Below are positions 1 through 5,829 of a stretch of 5,943 bases of DNA, piece by piece. This DNA comes from Octopus sinensis (taxonomy: Eukaryota): assembly GCF_006345805.1 (NCBI RefSeq), contig NW_021829506.1, positions 1 to 5,943 of the forward strand, read 5' to 3'. Numbering within the stretch: the first letter of the stretch is position 1; each line of letters opens with the position of its first letter. Below the pieces are notes generated by a model. The model was not told the origin of the DNA, did no database searches, and saw only the letters and a program-made list of their open reading frames with translations. The translations under genes were made by a program, and so were the position numbers.

Positions 1-291
1 AACTATACTTCTGGTTCAGAATATAAATATATGTAGCTCACCTCGACATATGCCTATATGTGCGTAAATGCGCCTGTATCAATACTTATGTATGTTAGCG
101 TGAAACTATCTTCATAAACACTACTTCTATTCAATGCTCAAAGAACATTTCTATGTTTTCGCAAAGCTGTCAACAGTGATTCTTGTCTTTGGGTTATGGC
201 ACTCGTTTCTTAGAGAATCTTTAACAACTACACACACATATCTCTGCTGTGTTTCAATGCAAAAACAAACAACAACAATAACTACAAAATA

Positions 292-395
292 TTTAAAAAA
301 CTACCATCGAAGATATATATATATATATATATATTTAAAAAAACTACCATCGAAGATATATATATATATATATATTTAAAAAACTACCATCGAAG

Positions 396-417
<22 letters not shown>
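292..417. repeat. Three-copy composite minisatellite TTTA6-7CTACCATCGAAG(AT)n
   Basis: CTACCATCGAAG starts at 301, 344 and 384 (periods 43 and 40). Each copy is preceded by TTT plus 6, 7 or 6 A and followed by an (AT)n run. Confidence 0.95.

Positions 418-457
<40 letters not shown>
418..457. repeat. (TG)n then (TA)n dinucleotide microsatellite
   Basis: Directly visible; continues from the third (AT)n run. Confidence 0.95.
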
Positions 458-458
<1 letters not shown>

Positions 459-584
459 AAATTACATCAGTAGCTACAAATTGCGAAAGAAAAAGATGAT
501 ACCAAAAACAACATGCACGACCATAAGAACACCAGCAAGAACAAGGTGGTATGAACGCGAAAATACTACCGCCGGCCGCGCCCG

Positions 585-592
585 CCACCACC

Positions 593-642
<50 letters not shown>

Positions 643-820
643 AACTACTACTACTACTACCTCTACTACTACTGCTGCTACTACTACTACTACTACTGCT
701 ACTACCTCTACTACTACTACTACTGCTGCTACTGCTGCTGCTACTGCTACTACTACTACTACTACTGCTACTACTACTACTACTACTACTAATACTACTA
801 CTACTACAACAACAACAACA
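585..820. repeat. Compound trinucleotide microsatellite (CAC)n-(TAC)n with TGC/CTC interruptions-(AAC)n
   Basis: Directly visible; accounts for the poly-His/Tyr/Cys and poly-Thr ORFs at 481-792 and 551-904. Confidence 0.95.
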
Positions 821-1044
821 AAGATATCTATAACGGCAACAGTGACATCAACAACGACAATAACAATGATAGAGATGATTTCACTTATTAGCCGCAGGGG
901 TTAGATGAGGGAGTACACCACAAAGACAAACAATAGTTTGTGCGGGGAATCACTTTAAAGATGAGGAGAAACAAATGGAAAAGACGGTGGAATAAGATAA
1001 ATGTATATACATCAAACCAAGGAACACCAAAGATCCAGGATTGC

Positions 1045-1121
1045 TCTGATTTTACTCGGAAGATCAAAGCCGACGAAATGTCGCGAAGCATTTTGCTCAG
1101 CGTTTTAACGATTCTACCAGC
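1045..1121 (-). mobile_element. Degenerate 5' (tRNA-like head) fragment of the same SINE family as 3020-3211
   Basis: 1066-1110 aligns by eye with 3166-3211 (AAAGC-CGACGAAATGTCGCGAAGCATTTTGCTCAGCG vs AAAGACGGGCGAAATACCGCTAAGTATTTTGCCCAGCA). The minus strand has an A-box-like TGGTAGAATCGT (1119-1108) and a decayed B-box-like GAGTAAAATC (1057-1048). The left boundary is uncertain. Confidence 0.6.
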
Positions 1122-1196
<75 letters not shown>

Positions 1197-1230
1197 TAAA
1201 TAATAATAATAAATAATAATAATAATAATA
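1122..1230. repeat. (AAT)n microsatellite with AAAT interruptions
   Basis: Directly visible. Confidence 0.97.
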
Positions 1231-1783
1231 AATGCCCTGATGCAGTACCAGGCAGTGGCTCTCATGGCTTCTGATCTTAACTGATTGGAAGTGTTATCAT
1301 GTACATTGTTTTGTCTTGGTATAAAAGATGGGCTACAGCAATATTCTGCTCAATACCACATATTTGCTTGTCAGTTGTTTGACCTTAACCAGTTGATCAT
1401 GTCCCTTATGGCTGACGATATGTGCATCTCTGATCACGAGCAGAAGTAGTGGGGGAGCATCATAGCCATGTTTGAGAAGGATTCTTTGGGTTTGAATAAT
1501 TCACCTCTGGAAACATGGGTGTTTCGTTCAACATCCTTAACAAGCCTTATTCAGGGACCTTTTGAGCGGGATGGGTTTACTCGATCTGAAGAAAATTCTA
1601 ACTGGGCTCCACCTGCAAGGACATGTGCTGTTTATCTTGATATGAGATCACCATGTCGCGCACATATGGTTGTGATGCATGTGCCTGGTGTACCCTTATC
1701 AGACGGGTAGTCATGATGGGTATACTGGGCTTCGTATATTTTACCCCAGTGTCACTTCGATGGCATGCTCTGCTCGCTTACTC
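1231..1783 (+). mobile_element. Element X: ~553-bp non-coding interspersed repeat flanked by (AAT)n on both sides; unclassified, orientation tentative
   Basis: Its left ~140 nt recur inverted at 4329-4470 with the same terminus against the microsatellite. Its right ~60 nt recur at 2862-2918, also ending against (AAT)n. No recognisable protein, terminal inverted repeats or Pol III A/B boxes. Confidence 0.8.
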
Positions 1784-1802
1784 AATAATAATAATAATAA
1801 TA

Positions 1803-1860
<58 letters not shown>

Positions 1861-1950
1861 CGACGACGACGACGATGATGATGATGATAATGATAATAAT
1901 GATAATAATAATAATAATAATAATAATAATATAATAATAATAATAATAAA
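1784..1950. repeat. Compound microsatellite (AAT)n-(GAT)n-(GAC)5-(GAT)5-(AAT/GAT)n
   Basis: Directly visible; GAC block at 1859-1873. Confidence 0.97.
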
Positions 1951-2330
1951 TTTCTTGCTTTCTAATTGATGTATCAATACCGGCAGATGACAACGTGTCT
2001 CTAAAAGAAATGGAGAAACTCTCAAAATACAAAGACCTGGAAATAGAGATAACTAGAATGTGGAACCTGAAGACAGAAACAATTCCTATCATAGTAGGTG
2101 CATTAGGCATGATAAAAAAATATTCAGACAAATACATAACAAAAACACCAGACTTACAAACACATATAACATACAGAAAATTGCACTACTAGGCACTGCA
2201 CACATCCTAACGCAGAACACTTTCCATACAATAACCATCAGAGCATCAAACAAATCACAGCACATACCCAAGGCACACAGAGCTGCGCTCGGTAGTGAAG
2301 TGAAAGCACGCTATAAAAATAAAACTACTG
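1951..2330 (+). mobile_element. 5'-truncated R4/Dong-clade non-LTR retrotransposon, 3' end type A (RLE C-terminus + 96-nt 3' UTR + (AAT)n tail)
   Basis: Codes for an RLE C-terminus (next feature). Stop TAA at 2232-2234, AATAAA at 2318-2323, and (AAT)n begins immediately at 2331. Confidence 0.85.
1956..2234 (+). pseudogene. Frameshifted restriction-like endonuclease (RLE) domain C-terminus of an R4/Dong element
   Basis: Reads CFLIDVSIPADDNVSLKEMEKLSKYKDLEIEITRMWNLKTETIPIIVGALGMIKKYSDKYITKTP, frameshift at ~2140, then LTNTYNIQKIALLGTAHIL, frameshift at ~2210, then RRTLSIQ*. The D..P.D.N....E.EK..KY..L pattern matches the RLE of R4-clade elements. Confidence 0.85.
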
Positions 2331-2401
2331 AATAATAATAATAATAATATAATTAATAATAATATATAATAATACTAATAATAATAATAATAAATAATAA
2401 T
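2331..2401. repeat. Imperfect (AAT)n
   Basis: Directly visible. Confidence 0.95.
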
Positions 2402-2695
2402 CATGAATGGGGCTGATTGCTCCCTAGGAACCTCAAAATGACAGAAATTCAAAAGATAGTGCTCATGGAACTGCTCATATCCTATGCAAAATACTTTCTA
2501 TGTAATCTCAAGTTTTAAAACAAACATAATTTTTCTTATGGTTTTAAACATTCTCTAAAACAATACTGTGCACAAAACCAAATATATGGCACCCTAGGCA
2601 TAACACCAACATGAACTTCCTACTTGTTGTCTCTTGAGGTCTCTGGGTGAGACTTGGAGTCAACTTGTACAAATGTAAAGCAAAAGTCAAACATA
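2402..2695 (+). mobile_element. 5'-truncated R4/Dong element, 3' end type B (ORF end + ~190-nt 3' UTR)
   Basis: ATG at 2438 reads MTEIQKIVLM, a 1-nt deletion, then TAHILCKILSM* (stop 2503-2505). Homologous to the inverted copy at 4546-4808. Followed by (AAT)n. Confidence 0.85.
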
Positions 2696-2696
2696 A

Positions 2697-2740
2697 AATA
2701 ATAATAATCATAATAATAAATAATAATAATGATAATAATA

Positions 2741-2810
<70 letters not shown>
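2697..2810. repeat. Imperfect (AAT)n
   Basis: Directly visible. Confidence 0.95.
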
Positions 2811-2814
<4 letters not shown>

Positions 2815-2864
2815 CATCCCTACAAGAATGCAAAAAATTGTGTTAACTGGAACGACTCACGTAC
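2811..2864 (+). mobile_element. Short R4/Dong ORF-end fragment, type C
   Basis: Reads IPSLQE, a frameshift, then MQKIVLTGTTHV. This is homologous to IQKIALLGTAHI (type A) and IQKIVLMGTAHI (type B). Confidence 0.7.
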
Positions 2865-2918
2865 CGGGCTTCGTGTATTTTACCCCAGTGTCACATTGAT
2901 GGCATGCACTGCTCTCTC
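2862..2918 (+). mobile_element. Right-terminal fragment of element X
   Basis: Matches 1723-1783 (TACCGGGCTTCGTGTATTTTACCCCAGTGTCACATTGATGGCATGCACTGCTCTCTC), with about 6 substitutions and a short terminal indel by eye. Confidence 0.9.
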
Positions 2919-2958
2919 AATAATAATAATGATAATAATAATAATAATAATAATAATG

Positions 2959-3018
<60 letters not shown>
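2919..3018. repeat. (AAT)n with GAT interruptions
   Basis: Directly visible. Confidence 0.97.
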
Positions 3019-3019
3019 T

Positions 3020-3211
3020 ATTTGCTACAATACGCACAAGGCCTGAAATTTTGGAGGAGGGGCCCAGTCAATTACATCGATCCCAGTGTGAAACTGGTTC
3101 TTAATTTATCGACCCTAAAAGGATGAAAGCAAAATCGCCTTCGGCGGAATTTGACCACAGAACGTAAAGACGGGCGAAATACCGCTAAGTATTTTGCCCA
3201 GCATGCTAAAC
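3020..3211 (-). mobile_element. tRNA-derived SINE with Nin/Deu-like central domain and (ATT)n tail; A-box end lost (resembles octopus OR/OK-type SINEs)
   Basis: The minus strand has a mutated B box GTGGTCAAATTCC (3158-3146). It is followed by GCTTTCATCCTTTTAGGGTCGATAAATTAAGAACCAG, which resembles the Nin/Deu core as I recall it (GCCTTTCATCCTTTCGGGGTCGATAAAATGAGTACCAG), and then runs into (ATT)n. The family name is from memory. Confidence 0.72.
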
Positions 3212-3213
3212 AT

Positions 3214-3774
3214 TGAATGATGAAGGAAAAGAGCAGAAAAGAATGTTATCGCAGGTCAAGGGCAATACTCAAGATAGAGCTGAGCGCAAGAAACAGGATC
3301 GAAGCGATCAATACTTTACCCATACCACTCGTGACTTACAGTTTCAATATCGTTAACTGGTCAATTACTGAAATATGTAATCTTGACAGAAAAATACGAA
3401 AACTGTTGACAATGCATAGAATGCACCACCCTAAGGCAGATATAAAACGACTTTATCTGCCAAGAAAAGAGGGAGGCCGTGAACTTTTACAACTGGCAAT
3501 AACAATGAAGATTGCTACAATTGGCCTAGACACCTACCTGAAAAACTCTGAGAACTGGATGTTAAAACTTGTCTCAAAACATGAAAACAAGAAAGCATCA
3601 TACTCAGTAACAAAACAGGCAAAGGAATACCTAAGTGAATTCCGAATACAACAAATTTCGGAATTATACATACAAGAAACAAGCACAGAAAAAGCTAGGC
3701 GCATGAAAACCCGTGCTAAAACTGCTGCCTTAGATATTCTGAATAATAAATGGCAAGAAAATCTCTCTATGGCA
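3214..3774 (+). pseudogene. Internal R4/Dong ORF fragment 1 (RT thumb/post-RT region)
   Basis: ORF 3217-3846 reads KECYRRSRAILKIELSARNRIEAINTLPIPLVTYSFNIVNW...HHPKADIKRLYLPRKEGGRELLQL...KWQE, typical of R4-clade RT C-terminal regions. It is open over ~545 nt but has no 5' or 3' element end. Confidence 0.85.
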
Positions 3775-4328
3775 ATCTGTAATCTTGATAGAAAAATACG
3801 AAAATTGTTGACAATTCATAGAACGCACTCAATAAGACAAATATAGAACGACTTTACAAGTCAAGAGAAGAGGGTGGTTGTGGCCTTTTACAACTGGAAT
3901 TAACTATGTAGATTGTCACAATTGGCCTAAGCACTTACTTGAAAAACTCTGATGGGTGGATGTTAAAACTTGTCTGAAAGCATGAAAACAAGAAAACATC
4001 ATACTCAGTAACAAAACAAGAAATATATAAGAGAATTCCATATACAGAAAATGCCAGAATTTGACGTACTGGAAACATGTACAAAAAAGCTAAGCGTATG
4101 AAAATCCGAGCTGAAACTGATAAATGGCAAGAAAAATTTTTGAATGGCAAATACCCAAAGAGATATAATAATGCCGATGTTGACAAAGCCCTTACCCATC
4201 AATGGTTGTCTTCTGGCCTAAAATCAAAGACAAAAGGGTTTATCATAGCAGCCCAAGATCAACGCCTACCTACAAGAAGCTACCAGGCTAACGTCTTAAA
4301 GAACGACAGTAGCCAAACTTGTGTGTGT
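3775..4328 (+). pseudogene. Internal R4/Dong ORF fragment 2 (diverged repeat of 3373-3774, extending to the start of the CCHC zinc knuckle)
   Basis: Restarts at ICNLDRKIRKLLT. Contains stops (TAG ~3908, TGA ~3975) and frameshifts. Ends KWQEKFLNGKYPKR...WLSSGLKSKTKGFIIAAQDQRLPTRSYQANVLKNDSSQTC, the segment that precedes CX2C in this clade. Confidence 0.85.
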
Positions 4329-4470
4329 AAACAAATCTGTAGTATTGAGCCGAATATTTGCTGAAGCCCATCTTTTGATACCAAAACAAAACAACGTACA
4401 TGATAACACTTCCAATCAGTTAAGATCAGAAGCTACGAGAGCCACTGTCTGGGACTGCATCAGGGCATTT
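4329..4470 (-). mobile_element. Left-terminal fragment of element X, inverted
   Basis: Reverse complement matches 1231-~1370 with about 13 differences in ~137 nt by eye. Same terminus AAATGCCCTGATGCAG against the microsatellite. Confidence 0.92.
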
Positions 4471-4483
4471 ATTATTATTATTA

Positions 4484-4545
<62 letters not shown>
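4471..4545. repeat. (ATT)n
   Basis: Directly visible. Confidence 0.97.
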
Positions 4546-4546
<1 letters not shown>

Positions 4547-4808
4547 TATGTTTGACTTTTGCTTTATATTTGTACAAGTTGGCTCCAAGTCTCACCCAGA
4601 GACCTCAAGAGACAACAGGTTGGAAGTTCATGTTGTTGTTATGCCTAGTGTGCCATATATTTGGGTGGGGGTTTTTTGGTGTTGTACTAATGAATGTCTA
4701 AAAAAAAATTTTTTTAAACCGAAAATTGTTTGTTTTAAACTTTGAGATTACATAGAAAGTATTTTGCGTAGGATATGAGCAGTTCCCATGAGCACTATCT
4801 TTTGAATT
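4546..4808 (-). mobile_element. 5'-truncated R4/Dong element, 3' end type B, inverted copy
   Basis: Minus strand reads IQKIVLMGTAHILRKILSM* (stop 4750-4748). The 3' UTR is homologous to 2506-2695. (AAT)n lies on both sides of the sense strand. Confidence 0.88.
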
Positions 4809-4847
4809 TTATTATTATTATTATTATTATTATAATTATTACTATTA

Positions 4848-4878
<31 letters not shown>

Positions 4879-4880
4879 TA

Positions 4881-4961
<81 letters not shown>

Positions 4962-5030
4962 CTTATTATTGTTGTTGTTATTGTTATTATTATTGTTATT
5001 GTTGTTGTTGTTGTTGTTATTATTATTATA
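4809..5030. repeat. Compound (ATT)n/(ATC)/(GTT)n microsatellite
   Basis: Directly visible. Confidence 0.95.
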
Positions 5031-5156
5031 ACAAGCGCTTCTTTATTTGCCACAAGAACCTCGGATGAACCAGGACATTACAAGCACAAGTTACACAAAG
5101 TCTGGCGGATTATATGAAGTGTTTCTAGGTCTACGAAAGTAGCAGCTGCACCAGTT

Positions 5157-5167
5157 GTAGTAGTAGC

Positions 5168-5222
<55 letters not shown>
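5157..5222. repeat. (GTA)n microsatellite
   Basis: Directly visible; one GCA interruption. Confidence 0.95.
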
Positions 5223-5226
<4 letters not shown>

Positions 5227-5451
5227 ATCAGTAACGAACGCATTCAACTACTTCACTGACTTCATCATTACATCAACAATCGCAGAACAGCTCTCGTCAC
5301 CGCTGGAATCGGTAGCGCCACCGCCATTACTCTGATCCTGTCCCAAACTTCTACGAATGTCATCACTCCAAGCATCTCCAGCACCATCCCTTACCATTCT
5401 AACCGACGCTCCCCACCAACACTACCACCACAATCAAATGTCAGTATCACG

Positions 5452-5484
<33 letters not shown>

Positions 5485-5645
5485 TCTTCTTCTTTCTCTC
5501 TCTCACACACACACTCTTCTTCTCTCTCTCTCTCTCACACACACACACTCTTCTTCTTTCTCTCTCTCACACACACACTCTTCTTCTTTCTCTCTCTCTC
5601 ACACACACATACACTCTTCTCTCTCTCTCTCTCTCTCTCACACAC
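5452..5645. repeat. Higher-order (CA)n-CTCTTCTTCT-(CT)n repeat, five units
   Basis: ACTCTTCT starts at 5483, 5513, 5547, 5577 and 5613. Confidence 0.92.
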
Positions 5646-5705
5646 AAACATATACAGACAAATGCATGCATATGCAGAGTAACCAAACCGCTAGCATCAC
5701 ACCAA

Positions 5706-5748
5706 TCATCATAATCATCATCATTCTCATCATCCTCATCATCACCAT
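5706..5748. repeat. Degenerate (ATC)n
   Basis: Imperfect ATC triplets visible. Confidence 0.7.
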
Positions 5749-5829
5749 CAAGTAAATCACTTCTCCACAATTGCTGCCCCCCCACCATCTGTCACTATCC
5801 TACTAACTCCTACACCTCTATCACACGTT

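Noticed and set aside
292-417. CRISPR-like look (identical repeats with spacers)
   Set aside because: The spacers are only (AT)n, the context is eukaryotic and there are no cas genes.
481-904. Poly-His/Tyr/Cys and mucin-like poly-Thr ORFs
   Set aside because: They consist almost entirely of trinucleotide microsatellite, with no flanking coding or splice evidence.
1231-1300. HDV-like ribozyme at the left end of X (as in R2/R4 5' ends)
   Set aside because: A P3/L3-like GGC-TCTCATG-GCT exists, but I could not find a matching P1 3' strand, P1.1 GG or J4/2. Not supportable by eye.
1468-1710. 80-aa ORF inside X as a protein
   Set aside because: Short, no recognisable motif, and lies within a repeat.
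1231-1783. X as a MITE, Helitron or tRNA SINE
   Set aside because: The ends are not inverted repeats, there is no TC...CTRR terminus, and neither strand has convincing A/B boxes.
1653-2137. Poly-Met, poly-Asp/Asn, poly-Ser and poly-Ile ORFs (also 2620-3126, 4321-5053)
   Set aside because: Reading-frame artefacts of (AAT)/(GAT)/(ATT) repeats; only the embedded Dong peptide ends are meaningful.
3217-3846. 209-aa ORF as a functional gene
   Set aside because: Internal retrotransposon fragment lacking the RT catalytic core and element ends; it is extended only by the in-frame junction with a decayed copy.
1122-4809. Target-site duplications around the inserts
   Set aside because: Cannot be defined inside (AAT)n tracts.
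5038-5060. TTCTTTATTTGCCACAAG as a possible SINE terminus
   Set aside because: The match is too short and the adjacent sequence does not continue the similarity.
418-5645. Whole-window mirror symmetry ((TG)/(TAC)/(AAC)/(AAT) on the left, (ATT)/(GTT)/(GTA)/(CA) on the right)
   Set aside because: The unique sequences between the repeats (820-1045 vs reverse complement of 5031-5156) show no similarity, so the mirror involves only common microsatellite types.
5357-5788. 132-aa and 73-aa ORFs
   Set aside because: Dominated by (CA)/(CT)/(ATC) repeats.
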